Below the pieces are notes generated by a model, which made no database searches, was not told the DNA's origin, and saw only the letters and a list, made by a program, of their open reading frames with translations. DNA of 64,000 bases from positions 96,908,001-96,972,000 of the forward strand of contig NC_086108.1 of assembly GCF_963921235.1 (NCBI RefSeq), read 5' to 3'. Positions 23,120 through 36,634 of the stretch are shown here, one piece after another. The stretch comes from Mobula hypostoma. Lineage: Eukaryota. Numbering within the stretch: the first letter of the stretch is position 1; every line of letters starts with the position of its first letter. Both the position numbers and the translations under genes were made by a program.

Positions 23120-26035
23120 ATGATAGAGTCATAGAAAAGTACAACACAGAAATGAGTCCTTTAGTCCATCTAGTCCATACCAAACTATTTATACCACCTG
23201 GACCATAACTCTTCATACCCCTATCATCCATGTAGCTATCCAAACTTCTCTTAAATGTTGAAATTGAGCTTGTATGCACCATTTGTGCTGATAGCTTATT
23301 CCACACTCTCACAACCCTCTGAGTGAAGAAGCCTCTCCTCATCTTCCCCTTAAATTTTTCACCTTTCACCCTTAATCCATGCCCTCCAGTTGTAGTTCTT
23401 CCCCTCTCCCCCCGCCCCACTTCAGGGGAGATGGCTTGCTGGCTTTTATCCTATCTATACCCTTCATAATTTTGTCTACCTCTATCAAATCTCTTCTCAA
23501 TCTTCTATATTCCAAGGAATAAAGTCCTAACATATTTAACCTTTCCTTCTAACTCAGGTCCTCTAGACCCGGCAACGTCCTTGTAAATTTTCCTTGTACT
23601 CTTTCAACCTTATTTACATCTTTCCTGTAGGTAGGTGATCAAAACTGCACAAAATGCTCCAAATTAGGCCTCACCAACACTTTATACAACTTCAACATAA
23701 CATCTCATCTTCTGTACTCAATACACTGATTTATGAAGGCCAATGTGCAAAAGGTTTTCTTTATGACCCCATCTACATGTGAAACCGCTTTCAATGAATT
23801 ATAGATCTGTATTCCCAGATTTCTTTGTTCTATTGCACTCCTCAGTGCCCGATCGTTCAATTGCAAGACCTACCCTGATTGATCCTACCAAAATGCAACA
23901 GCTCACACTTGTCTGCATTAAATTCCATCTGCCATTTTTCAACCCATTTTTCCAGCTGGTCCAGATCCTGCTGCAAGCAATGATAGCCTTTCTCTCTGTC
24001 CACTACACCCCCAATCTTGGGGTCATTTGCAAACTTGCTGATTCAGTTAACCACATTATCATTCAGATTGTTGTTATAGACAGCAAAGGACAATGGACAC
24101 AGCACCGATCTCTGCAGCACTCCGCTAGACACAGGCCTCCAGTCAGAGAGGCAACCATCTACTACCACTCTCTGGCTTCTCCCACAAAGTCATTATCTGT
24201 AATCCAATTTACTACCTCATCTTAAATGTTGAGCAACTAACCTTGTTGACCATGTGGGACCTTTGCCAAATGCCTTGCTAAAGTCCATGTAGACAACATC
24301 TACTGCCTTGCCTTCATAAATTTTCCTGGTGACCTCCTCAAAAAATCTCCATAATATTGGTTAGTCATGATGTACCATGCTGACTACCCTTTTCAGTCCA
24401 TGCCTATCCAAATACTCATCTATCCAGTCCCTTAGAATACCTTCCAATAAATTAGCCGCTACTGAGATTAGGCTTATCAGCCTATAATTTCCTGTCTTAT
24501 TTTTGGAGGCTTTCTTGAACAGTGGAACAACATTGCATATCCTCCAATCCTCTGATAGCTCACCTGTTGCCAAGGATGATTTAAATATCTTTGCTCGGGT
24601 CCTGGCAATTTCTGCACTTGCCTCCCACAGGGTCCAAGGGAACACCTTGTCAGGCCCTGGGGATTTATCCTGCCTAATTTGCCTCAGGGCAGAAAACACC
24701 TTCTCCTCTGCAACCTGTACAGGGTCCATGAAGTTGATGTCACTTTGCCTCACTTCTATAGACTTGCATCGGTCTTCTAAATATATAGAGACGCAAAAAA
24801 AAAATTATTTAATATCTTCCCCCATCCCTTCTGGATCCACATGTGGATTACCATTCTGATCTTCCAGAGGACTAATCTTGTCCCTTACAATCCTTTTGCT
24901 CTTAACATATCTGTAGGATTCCTTGGATTCTCCTTCACCTTATCTTTCTTAAATGTTCTCTTGCATTTCTTATACTCCATAAGCACCTCATTTGTTCCCA
25001 CTTGCCTACACCTGCTATGCACCTCCTTCTTTCTTAACCAGGGCCTCAATATCTCTTGAAAACCAAGATTCCTTGCATCTTTTATTCTGACAAGCACGTA
25101 TAAGCTTTGAACTTCCAAAATCTCACTTTTGAGGATCTCCCACTTACCAAGTACACCTTTGCCAGAAAACAGCCTGTTCTAATCCACACTTGCCAGATCC
25201 TTTCTGATACCATCAAAACTGGCCTTTCTCCAATTTAAATTCTCAACCTACGGACTGGCCTATCTTTTTGCGTATTTACTTTGAAAATAATGGGATTGTG
25301 ATCACTAGATGTAGTGTTCTCTACACTAACTTCTGTCACCTGCCCTGTCTCGTTCCCTATTAGCAGATCAAGTATCACATGTTCTCTCATTCGGACTTCT
25401 ACGTACTGATTAAGGAAACTTTCCTGAACACATTTGACAAATTCCACCCTAACTAGTCCTTTTGCAGTGTGGGAGTCCCAGACGATCTGTGGAAAGGTAA
25501 AATCACCTACTATAACAACCTTCAGTGTTCTCATTACGAATTTGTTCCTCTAAATCCCTCGAACTGTTGGATGGTCTGTAATATAGCCCCATTAATGTAG
25601 TCATACCTTTCTTGTTACTCAGTCCCACCCATAACACCTCACTAGATGAGTTCTCTAGTTTGTCCTGACTGAGAACTGCCATGCCATTTTTCTTGACTAG
25701 TAACACCACCCCTCTTCCTTTAATTCCTCTCACCCTGTCACATCTAAAACAACGGAACCCAGGAATATTGAGCTGCCAGTCCTGCCCCCCCCCCCCACAA
25801 CCAAGCCTCACTGCAATATCAATATCATAATTCCAGGTGTTAGTCCATGCCCTGAGCTCGTCTGCCTTTCCGACAATACATCTTGCATTGAAATATACAC
25901 AGCTCTGGACATTAGTCCAACCATGCTCAATCTTTTGATTCCCGACTTTGTCTGAGTTCTCAACAACACCTATCTCCACAAACTCTCCACTATCTGTTCT
26001 GGCACTCTGGTTCCCATCCCCTTTCTACTCTAGTT
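23120..26035 (-). mobile_element. Long decayed CR1 ORF2 (apurinic endonuclease and RT)
   Basis: CVYFNARCIVGKADELRAW, GLYYRP, VVIVGDFTFP, DKSPGPD, NVVPLFKK..GNYRLISL, FFTQRVVRVWN. Multiple frameshifts. Confidence 0.92.
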
Positions 26036-26337
26036 TTGCCCTTTGCTACTCTGAAGCGACCTGTTTGAAGGCGCCAGTAACCCACCTTTGCCCCTCCTTC
26101 TGTCAATAGAAACTGTTCCATCGTGCTTAGTAGCTAAGCCACACATGGAGGCCAGGAGCTGGACTTGGTTGTCAGAGGCTATTTGAGATGCACACCACTG
26201 GAGCATTTAATGGGTAGTGGGAGCTTATCCCCAACACCAGTCCTGGCTATAATTACCTTAAGAATATATGGTACAGCATCTGTGCTTTTCAGGTCATTGA
26301 TCACTGCTCAGTTCTAATCTCTTTTGCAGATGTAAAA

Positions 26338-26911
26338 GATCACAAGTCAAAGGAGCAGAAGTAGGCTATTCGGCCCATCGAGTCTACTCCACCACTCCAC
26401 CATGAGCTAAACTATTCTCACATCTAGTTCCAATTTCCGGCTTTTTCCCCATATCCCTTGATACCCTGACTAATTAGATACCTATCAATCTCCTCCTTAA
26501 ACACCCTCAATGATCGGGCCTCCACAGCTGTATGTGGCAATGAATTCCATAACTCCATGACCCCCGGCTAAAAAAAATTTCTCCTCATCTCTGTTTTAAA
26601 TGGGTACCCCCTAATTCTAAGACTGTGGCCTTTTGTCCTGGACTCACCCACCAAGGAAAACAGCCTTTCCACATCTACTATGTCCAACCCTTTCAACATT
26701 CGAAATGTTCCGATGAGATCCCCTCTCATTCTTCTATACTCTAATGAATACAGTCCAAGAGCCGACAAACACTCCTCATATGTTAGCTCCTGCATTCCAG
26801 GAATCATCCTCGTAAATCTTCTCTGAACTCTCTCCAACATCAGTACATCCCTTTTAAGATAGGGGGCCCAAAACTGCACACAGTATTCCAAATGAGGTCT
26901 CACCAGTGCCC
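26338..26911 (-). mobile_element. CR1 LINE 3' fragment
   Basis: [46 protein letters not shown]. Confidence 0.92.
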
Positions 26912-26913
26912 CC

Positions 26914-27707
26914 TGGATTCAGGTTAATTGATCCATTGGTTAATTGGGGCAGCTGCTTATTTGGGACAAAAAGAATAAACATTAATCAAGAAATTAACTG
27001 GGATTCCCTTAGTTTATTTGGGACAGGAGACTGTTGCTGAACAGTTTCTAACCAGTGTCAGTCGCTTGCACTTGTGTGGCCGATAGACACTACACCGTGC
27101 TTAGAGTGAATGGTTTTTAACTAGCATCAGTTGCATGTGTTTGTGTTCAAAAAACAGGGATTGTGGTCACTGATGGCTGGCGAGAAATAAGCAGTAAGGC
27201 AACTCGGAACTGCTTTGCTTACTGCGGTTTCAAGCATTCCGGCTTGGAGATGCGAGAAACAGCCGGGAGTGAAAATGAAATAATTTCACTACTTCGGCAA
27301 GTTAGGAGCTACAAAGAATTTGAAGGTATCGACAATCATTCTGACTGTTAAAATGAAAAGGAAGATTTGGAGCATGTAATCATCAAAAGCATTGTATGAA
27401 GGCAGTTCATTAACTGCACTCCTCATTTTGTTCATTTACATTCGATGAAAAGAACACAGCAGCAAATACTGGATGGATTCCTCTGTGATTACTATTAGGA
27501 ACTAAAACAGTTTTATTATACTGTAGTAGTATTAATAGTGTTCTAATTTGTTCTGTAATTCATTTCACTACATAACCTGTTACTCAGTTAAACAGTAGTT
27601 TGTCTTTTTCTGCACCATTTTTTTAAAAAACTATTTCCATGAAACTTCGGCCTAATTGGGCCAAAATATACTGGTCCCAATGTGTCTCATTTAACCAGAA
27701 TCCACTG
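26914..27707 (+). mobile_element. Tigger/pogo-like DNA transposon deletion derivative
   Basis: Inverted ends tggattcaggttaa / ttaaccagaatccactg followed by TA. Peptide GWREISSKATRNCFAYCGF resembles the pogo/Tigger W..I...TI.NCF.K.GF C-terminal motif. Confidence 0.75.
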
Positions 27708-27949
27708 TACTTACTGCCGGCATGAGAGCTAGACAAACCCTGTGCTTCTCCTCACTTGCCATGCTAGATAGGCATGACCATGTGAACCCCCTGATATCGA
27801 CCAATTCACTGTGTGGATTACCACTGAAAATGGTGCAACTTGTAGCTTCCTTCACAGCAACTATGAAGGAGGAAGTCAAGGCTACAGACTGTTGAACACT
27901 GTCCACGTGTGGTCAAACTTTGCTGAGAAATGGGCTCATTAAGAGGGAG

Positions 27950-28270
27950 GTACAGTAGTGCAGTTGTTAGAGTTGTTGTCTCCAGCAAGTCTAGTTCACT
28001 CCTGATCTCCACCGCTGTCCCTGTGGGATTTGCACATTCGCACTGTGACCGTGTGGGTTTTCTCTGGGTTCTCTGATCTCCTCCCATGTCCCAATAGTGT
28101 GCAGGTTAGTAAACTGATTAGTCACTGTATCTTGGAGTAATGTGTGGATGACAAGAAGAATTCAGGCAGTAATGGATGAGATTAAAGTGGGCTTAGGTAA
28201 GTAGGATTAGTGTGAAAACAGGTACTTGTTAGCTTGAGAATGCTCAATAAACTTGAGGACCTGTTTCCAT
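27950..28270 (+). mobile_element. V-SINE (HE1-like), old copy
   Basis: V-domain-like tttgcacattc..tgtgaccgtgtgggttttctctgggttctctgatctcctcccatgtccca. Confidence 0.7.
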
Positions 28271-28273
28271 ACA

Positions 28274-28810
28274 CACTAAGTGGCCACTTTATTAGGTCCA
28301 CCTTTCTAGTACTAGGTAGTAATGGGCTGCTTAGTCAATTCACTTCAAAGTTCCAAGATTGTGTATTCAGAGATGCTCTTCTGCACACCACTGCTGTAAC
28401 ATGCAGTTATTTGAGTCACTGTTGCTCTCCGGTGGGCTTGAACCAGTCTGGTCACTCTCCTCTGACCTCCCCCATTAACAAGGTGTTTCACGCACAGCAC
28501 TGCCACTCACTGGATGTCTCCTTTGTTTTTCTCACCATTCTCTGTAAACTCCAGACTGTTGTGCATGAAAACCCCAGGAGATCAGTTTCTGAGATACTCG
28601 CATCACCCCATCTGGGACCAACAATCATTCCATGGTCAAATCCCTTAGATCAGATTCCTTCCCCATTCTGATGTTTTGGCTGAACAACTAAACCTCTTGA
28701 GCATGACTGCATGCTTTTATACATTGAGTTGCTGCCACATGATTGATAGATTGGAGATCTGCATCAATGAGCAGGTGTACAGGTATACCTCATAAAGAGG
28801 CCACCGAGTG
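28274..28810 (-). mobile_element. Non-autonomous Tc1-like DNA transposon, copy 4 (both TIRs)
   Basis: cactaagtggccactttattagg ... cctcataaagaggccaccgagtg. Confidence 0.88.
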
Positions 28811-28828
28811 CACAGTGTATGGAAAGGG

Positions 28829-29056
28829 CAGGGAACGTCCACTCAGACCGTGAGAGGCCTGCGTCAGGCATTTTTATGCCTTACAAGGCGCAGATTGGAA
28901 GTCTGTGTGGGGCACCACTCCTCACACAGACACTAGAGCAATGTGTGGTTAAGTGCCTTGCTCAAGGGCACAGACATGCTGCCACAGCTGAGGCTCGAAC
29001 TAGCTACCTTGCGGTCATTAGATGAACACCTTAACCACTTGGCCACGTGCCCAACA
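28829..29056 (-). mobile_element. tRNA-derived SINE with CORE-like segment
   Basis: Minus strand has A-box TGGCCAAGTGG, B-box GTTCGAGCC and gtgcccttgagcaaggcacttaacc. Flanked by the direct repeat tggaaaggg (28820-28828, 29059-29067). Confidence 0.8.
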
Positions 29057-29344
29057 TGTGGAAAGGGAAGGCTGTAATACATCAGACATTGCCCTTTGCC
29101 AGCTGACCTGCATTGATGCTCTGTTTCCTACTCCTTCAGAACTAGCCTCTGTACTTCGAGTAGGTGCAAGATTGACTGCACATTTCCTACATTACTGAAA
29201 TAACAATGCATTAAGTAGTAATTCATTGGCTATAATGTTCTTTGGAATATCCCAAGGTTGTGAAAATTACAGTGTTATTGCAAATTCTTCTTTTGTTTGT
29301 GATCCTTCTCCCATTCTTGTTGTTTGCAGAATTATCAGACTTTT

Positions 29345-30205
29345 TACTGGGATGGAAAAGGCTAATACAAGGGGGCATAAGCTTAAGGTGATCGGAGGAA
29401 GGTATCGGGAAAATATCAGTGGTCAGTCGTTTACACAGAGAGTGGTGAGTGTGTGGAATTCACTACTGTACCATGGGTGGAGGTAGAAGTGGATACGTAA
29501 GGGACATTTATGTAACTCTTAGGTGGGCACAAGGGGTGAATAGGGTGTCCAAAGAGGGGCAGCACCTCTGGTGAAAGGGCTTGTCATGAACATCCCAGGG
29601 CAGCTCACTCGGCTTTGGTGCCCGCTGGAGTTTCAGCTCTCACCGGTGGCTCCAAGTAGTCATTTGCATGCAACAGAGACCATGCCCTGGTACACTGCTT
29701 CTAGAGGCGATGTAAACCAGGTGAGGGTAGCTGGCGGCCTCATACCCCGGTGAGATACGAACATTTCTGTCCTAGCATGTAAAGTCAGCTCTGCCAGACT
29801 GGGTGGAGGAAATCTTCAGTGAGATCCAACAGCTAGGAAGGCGTTACTGCAACACTCCATGGAGAGCAGAGAGCATGACTAGGCACAGAAGGCATCACGG
29901 TCATCCATGGCAACCAAGGTAGGCCCCAGTTTGTGACGTTTGTTTGTACCGCTGGCACCCGACTTCTGAGGTCAAGAGAGTGGAACTGCCCCAGTGTGAC
30001 GGCTTTTCCACTTTAAAAACTCTCCCACAAGACTCTCCTATCATCGCCGGACATGACAGACAATGACCAAGTAGGCACATGGATGATAGAAAAATGGGTT
30101 ATCTTGGAGGGAAGGGTTAGATTGATCTTAGAGTAGGTTGAAAAGTCAGCACAACATTATGGGCCAAAGGCCCTGTATTGCACTGTACTGTTCTATTTTC
30201 TATGT
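29345..30205 (+). mobile_element. CR1 3' fragment split by an unclassified ~540-bp insertion (29532-30070)
   Basis: TRGHKLKVIGG..FTQRVVSVWN, with CR1 resuming at ggcacatggatgatag. ggcaca is present on both sides of the insert. Confidence 0.7.
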
Positions 30206-30234
30206 ACCCCAATTTTATCCCATCTTACATTATA

Positions 30235-31517
30235 AAGACCTGGAGGCACATGACAAGATAAGCCAAAGCCAGCATGGTTTCCTGCAAGGAAGATCCTGCC
30301 TGACAAACCTACTGCAATTCTTTGAGGAAATTACAAGCAGAGTAGACAAAGGAGATGCAGTAGACTTGGTGTACTTGGATTTTCAGAAGGCCTTTGACAA
30401 GGTGCCGCACATGAGGCTGCTTAGCAAGATAAGAGCCCATGGGATTACAAGGAAGTTACCAGCATGGGTGAAGCATTGGTTGGTTGGCAGAAAACAGGGA
30501 GTGGGAATAAATGGATCCTATTCTGGCTGGCTGCCGGTTACCAGTGGAGTTCCACAGGGGTCAGTGTTGGGACTGTTACTTTTTACGATGTATGTCAATG
30601 ATTTGGACTATGGTATGAAGGGATTTGTGGCTAAATTTACCGATGATACAAAGATAGGTGGAGGAGCGGGTAGTGTTGCGGAAACAGAGAGCCCGCAGAG
30701 AGACTTAGATAGTTTGGGGAATGGGCAAAGAAGTGGTAAATGAAATACAATGTTGGAAAGTGTATGGTCATGCACTTTGGTGGAATAAATAAATGGGAAA
30801 ACTATTATTTAGGTGGGGAGAGGATTCAAAATGCAGAGATGCAAAGAGACTTGGGAGCCCTTGTGCAAGATACCCTAAAGGTTAACCTGCAGGTTGAGTC
30901 GGTTGTGAAGAAGACCAATGCAATGTTGGCATTCATTTCTAGAAGTATAGAATATAAGAGCAGGGATGTGATGTTGAGGCCCTATAAGGCACTCGTGAGA
31001 CCACACTTGGAGAATTGTGTGCAGTTTTGGGCTCCTTATTTTAGAAAGGATATACAGTACTGACATTGGAGAGGGTTCAGAGAAGATTCACGAGAATGTT
31101 TCCAGGAATGAGAGGGTTACCATATGAGGAATGTCTGGCAGCTCTTGGGCTGTATTCCCTGGAGCTCAGGAGAATGGGGGGGGATCTCATAGAAACATTC
31201 CAAATGTTAAAAGGCTTGAACAGATTAGAAATGACAAAGTTATTTCCCATGGTAAGGGATTCTAGGACAAGAGGGCACAACTTCAGGACTGAAGGACATC
31301 CTTTTAGAACTGAGATGCGGAGAAATTACTTTAGTCAGAGGGTGGTAAATCTGTGGAATTTGTTGCCACGAGTGGCTGTGGAGGCCAAGTCATTGGGTGC
31401 ATTTAAGGCAGAGATAGATAGGTTCTTGATTAGCCAGGGCTTCAAAGCATATAGGGAGAAGGCAGGGGAGTGGGGATGATTGGATGAAGTGGATCAGCCC
31501 ATGCTTGAATGGCGGAG
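30235..31517 (+). mobile_element. 5'-truncated CR1 LINE, RT domain to 3' tail
   Basis: [51 protein letters not shown]. Tail cttatggtcttatggtctta. Two frameshifts. Confidence 0.95.
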
Positions 31518-32671
31518 CAGACTCAATGGGCCAAACGACCTACTTCTGCTCCTAAATCTTATGGTCTTATGGTCTTAAAGCCTAGGGCGAGAATATTCCC
31601 TGCACTTTCCTGGAAGTAGTCACCAAACTCACCTGTCCTTCTAGCTTCAAATGTGCAGTGTTAATGTAATTAAATCAATTATGTACGTCTATCTTCAGAC
31701 ACCTCCCAAACTTAGTCTGTCTTTTTGTCCTCAGGGATACAATGATTTTGCTTCAACAGCAAAACAATATGAAAATATATAAAGTGAACAGCAGGTTTAC
31801 CATTTAGGCCAGTGAGTGGGCGCAGATATTTAAATATATCATTCATACTTTGGCACTTGGAACCTCATTAATCCTTTTGTTAGTGTACTGTAGCAATACT
31901 GTTTCTTGTGCTGTAGACAATCTACATCCTGTTATCAAGCCACGCCTGACCCTGAGTTCACAGGGTGTGCCACTGACTGCAGAGTTCTTTATCTTACTGC
32001 AAGATAATTGGAGAGTAAATATTTTAAAGATTAGCTTTATTTGTCATATGTACATCGAAACATGCAGTGGAATGCTTCCTTGGCGAGGCTTGTGTGGGGG
32101 AGCCCACAAGTGTCGCCATGCTTCCAACGCCAGCATAGGAGAACATACAATCCCCTTACAGACAGCAACAGGAATTGTACCCCGATTGGTGATCACTGGC
32201 ATTGTCGAGCGATGTGCTAACTGCTATGCCTCAGCACCAAAAGATCCATTTGTCGAGCATGTCATTTAAAACAAATACCCATTTTCAGGATCTCTGTGTT
32301 ATGGCAACTACATCATATGTTGTCCGTCTATAATTTCCCTTGAACTGCTGCCCGGGGGAAGGTACTCTACAAAGGCCCGAACCACATCAGGGTATTAAGG
32401 GCAAAACCAGCCTTGTTTGGTGGACTGTGAACTTCTCTATTTCCCCAATAACAATAAACATAAATATTCATAAATTAAACCAATGCATAAAATAATTCTG
32501 TTAGATTTTGGTTTTGGTCAGTGGGACTAGGCAGAAAATGGTTCGGCACAGCCAAGAAGGGCCAAAAGGCCTGTTTCTGTGCTGTAGTTTCTATGGTTTC
32601 TATGAATAAGACCTGGACAATTGGCACTGTTACTCAGTTGCAAGACCTTTATCCAATCTGAAAGAAAGGAT

Positions 32672-33250
32672 ATGACCATAAGACATAGGAACAGATTTAG
32701 GCCATTTAGCCATCGAGTGTGTTCTGCCATTTGATCACAGCTGATTTATTATCCCTCTCAACCCCACTCTCCTGCTTCTTTCCGTAACCTTTGACATCCT
32801 TACTAATCGAGAGCATATGAACCTCAATGAAGCAGACTCAATGGGCCAAATGGCCTAATTCTGCTCCTGTACCTTCTGGTCTTAAATGTACCCAGTGACT
32901 TGGCCTCCACAGCCATCTATGGCAATGAATTCCGAAGATTTATCCCTCTGGCTAAAGAAATTCCTGCTCATCTCTGTTCTATGGGGACCTCCTTGTGTTC
33001 TGAGGCTGTGCCTTCTGGTCCTGGACTCTCCCAACTATGGGAAACATCCTCTCCACGTCCACTTTATCTAGGCATTTCAATTTTCGACAAGATTCAATGA
33101 GATTCTCCCTCAATCTCCTAAACTCCAGCGAGTACAGACCCAGAGCTATCAAACAATCCTCATACATTTAACCCTTGCATTCCCAGAACCTCCTCTGGAC
33201 CCTTGGTGCACTTTCTTTCTTAAATACAGGGCCTGAAGCTGCTCACAATA
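32672..33250 (-). mobile_element. CR1 LINE 3' fragment
   Basis: [19 protein letters not shown]; the tail gaccataagacatagga is the reverse complement of the CR1 tail. Confidence 0.85.
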
Positions 33251-34139
33251 ATACCCAGGAGAGGTGTTGTTTAGGTCAACTGATTTACTGTACGGACAAT
33301 CAGTAAATCTGCTTCTATGAATTTAACTGCCACAAAATCTGTATCTCAGGTGTGCATTGTTTAATACTTATGTGACAAATTATGGAATTCAGAAGCATAA
33401 AAACAGAACCTGTACATTATCATTGAGAACATAAGTGTTTGGTCTGCAATTCTGATGCAGTGTTCAATTGGATCAATTCAGTCCTCAACTCCAAATCTAT
33501 TTACCTACTTATGCTCCATATCCTATTGATAACTTAACCCAACAAAAGTCTTAGACTTGAACAATTTAATTGACCATTCTTATAGGGTTCAAGATTTCCG
33601 CTCTTCACTCAGTATACAATGTGCTTCTGGATTGCGTTGCTAGACAGAACAGCCCTTAATTTATTACCATGTTCCAGTGCTGTTGGAATTTCTTTCTCTT
33701 TGCTCACTCGACTGAATCCTTCATTATTTCAAGCATCTCGATTAAATCATCTCCTCTAACTTAGACTCAATGGAATACCAGCCAAGTTCAAGCTGCCAAG
33801 TTTAAGCCTTTAAGTGTATGTATTTCGTGAAACTGTCTTGTAAACCTTGCAAAGCTGTCAGTGCTTGTTTTGAAAGTCACTGTCCAAAACTGAATGCAGA
33901 CTACAGGAGGGGTTTAAACAAGGTGCAGAAGCTGTAGTTCCCCATGTTTGGTTTCTGGTTTCAATGAGAAAAGCATTTCTTTAGGCTTTGTGATTACTTA
34001 CTGTGCTTCTGTATTAGCATTTTGTGATTTTATTTCCATAATTAATTCCATTTGTTACTTTGCAGTGCCAGGAGCTACTCAACTCCCGATGACAAGAAAA
34101 TATTTGCAATTTAGCTTTCTCAATCCTAATTTCAAAAAC

Positions 34140-34880
34140 TCGAAGTAAACTTATTATTGAAGTATGTAGATATCACCGTATACTACTCTGTGATTTAATT
34201 TATTGCAGGCATTCACAGTAGAACAAAAAAATACAATAGAATCAATGAAAAACGACACACAAAGGCTGACAAACAACAATGTGCAAAAAACTATCTGTGC
34301 AAATATGAAAAGAAACAAGTAACAAACAAACAAATAAATAAATAATACTGAGTTGTAGAGTCCTTGACAGTGAATCCTGAGGTTGAGGAATCTGAGGTGA
34401 GTGAAGTTATTCACGCTGGTTCAGGAGCCTGATGGTTGACAGCTAATAACTGTTGCTGAACCTGGTGGTGTGTGATCCTGAAGCTCCTGTACCTCCTTCC
34501 CGATGGCAGCAGTGGGGAGAAAGCCTGGCCTGGATGGTGGGTGCCCTTGATGATTGATGCTATTTTATTGTGGCAGTGCTCCTTCTGGATGTGCGCAATG
34601 ATGGGGAGGGCTTTACCCGAGATGGACTGGGCTGCATCCACCACTTTTTGTCGGCTTTTCCACTCAAGGGCATTGGTGTCTCCATATTAGGCCCTGATGC
34701 AGCCAGTCAGGGTACTCTCCACTGTGCATCTATAGATTTTATCAAAGTTTTTGCACAAATTTCTAAAAAAAAGTAGAGACACTGCCATACTTCCTTTCTC
34801 ATGGCACTTAAGTGTTGGTCCCAGAACAGATCCTCTGAACTAATAACGCCAAGGAATTTGAAGATGCTGACCCTCTCCAC
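34140..34880 (-). mobile_element. Rex1/Babar-like LINE 3' fragment
   Basis: ASIIKGTHHPGQAFSPLLPSGRRYRS and the shared tail. Confidence 0.85.
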
Positions 34881-35816
34881 TCAACAACTCATACTTCCCG
34901 ACAAATATCTCAGTCCTCAGTAACTTTCTCCTCCAACCTATTTGTCTCATTGTGGAACTGTTCTTCTATCTGCACAACTTATTGAGTTAGTGCCACCTGC
35001 AGACTTGATCCATAAAACCATACACATCAGGAGAAACCGGAGCAGTACTTGAGAGAGAATGAAATGGAAGGGTGTACAAATGAATTACTATGTGGTTTCT
35101 GTGAAGCATCAAACAGTATATGCTCTCAATTATATTATAAGCTCTTGTGCTAGATAGCCTGACTGCCCTATGTAATTTTGTTTCTTCAACTAAGTCATTA
35201 CTAGATGTAAAGAAATGTTGGGGCCACGGTACAAATACTAGATGGATGCCAATCAGATCTTCCCCATCAAAACATTAACCCATTATCTTTACACTTCACT
35301 ATTCGACTAATACTGGCAACTCAAAGGCTGCTTGGAAATCTGAATGCTCTCATTTTTGCTCATATTCCTTTGAGTGAAACCTTAACTTTTGCTCAAATCC
35401 TTCATTAATGTTCATATTCAGATTTAATATACAGTTAAATGTGGCACTTATGTTAACAACTGACGGGTCCAAGGATGTGCCAGGGGCAGCCTGCAAGTGC
35501 CACCACACATTTCAGCGCCAACATAGCATACCCACAATGCCCGGCAGAACAACACAGAACACAACAAAGCAGAATATTCCTAGCGACAAAGCAACAATGG
35601 CAAAGTAAGCACCGTTCTTCCCACCCATACACATACACAGTCTTCTAACCCCAGGAGATGTTGTCTTTGTCCTCCAGTGGACTCGTGGATTGCCAGACAT
35701 TGGGTCTTCAACTTTCTGAGTGGACTTGCAGAGATGAGCAAACTTAAGTCTCTGGATGAGCAAACTTGGGTCCCTTGACTTCTGGACCTACAATTGACCT
35801 TTGGTATCAACCCAGG

Positions 35817-35895
35817 GAGGGGTTCCCACCCATTTTTATGCCATGGACCAATACCATTAGGCAAGGGTCCATGGACCCAAGGTTGGGAACCCCTG
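35817..35895. mobile_element. 79-bp hAT-type MITE
   Basis: TIRs gaggggttccca / tgggaacccctg and an 8-bp TSD aacccagg (35809-35816) / gacccagg (35896-35903). Confidence 0.8.
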
Positions 35896-36634
35896 GACCC
35901 AGGACTCACTGATGACAACGTATGAGAATCTGAATGGACAAATCCAATAGACCTCTTTGCAAAGAGAAAGTAAATTCACTGGTAGTAATTTGTAATCTAC
36001 CCTTCAAAGAACCTGTCCTATGTCTCTTTGATCAACTGACGCTTGTCCAAGTACTCAGTCACTGTCTCTGATGATACATTCCAGTAACATTTTCACTACT
36101 GATATTAAACTGACAGATTGGTTGATTTACTGTCAGTTCTGAGGGTGAATTAATGTTTTAGGAATTTGAATGCATGAATTTTGTGACCGACTACTAGTTT
36201 GATTGATGACTGCCAAACGCTAAGGGTAACATCCAAACAACTATTTCTTACCAAAAGAATGCACAGCTCTGATTTTTTAGCCTTAGTACCTAATCATTAA
36301 ATTTGAATCACTTACCATCGAGTACAATATTTTATTTTAAATTTTGAAATATATAACATTAGATCATCATTTACAAGTAGGCTGCCTTTGATTGTACACA
36401 ATGTTATCTTGTATACTGTGTGTCTCTGATGATTTGCCAAACCTGTGTCATTCAATCTACTTCCAACTCTTTGCTCACAAGGTCACTGGATGAATAAGAA
36501 TGAGGAAGCCTTCTTTATCTTGTCATGTTATCCAATTATATCTGGAATTACGACAAGAATTCACCTTCACTACTTTACCTAAAGGTTCATGCATGAAATG
36601 ATCAGTCATTAAAGTCGTCAGAGGAGATCAGTCA

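Noticed and set aside
28985..29056. tRNA gene
   Set aside because: A and B boxes are present, but the sequence continues into a SINE body bounded by a TSD; it is a SINE head.
30138..31479. Active or intact reverse transcriptase gene
   Set aside because: 5'-truncated, two frameshifts, and an altered FADD motif (FTDD); a dead CR1 copy.
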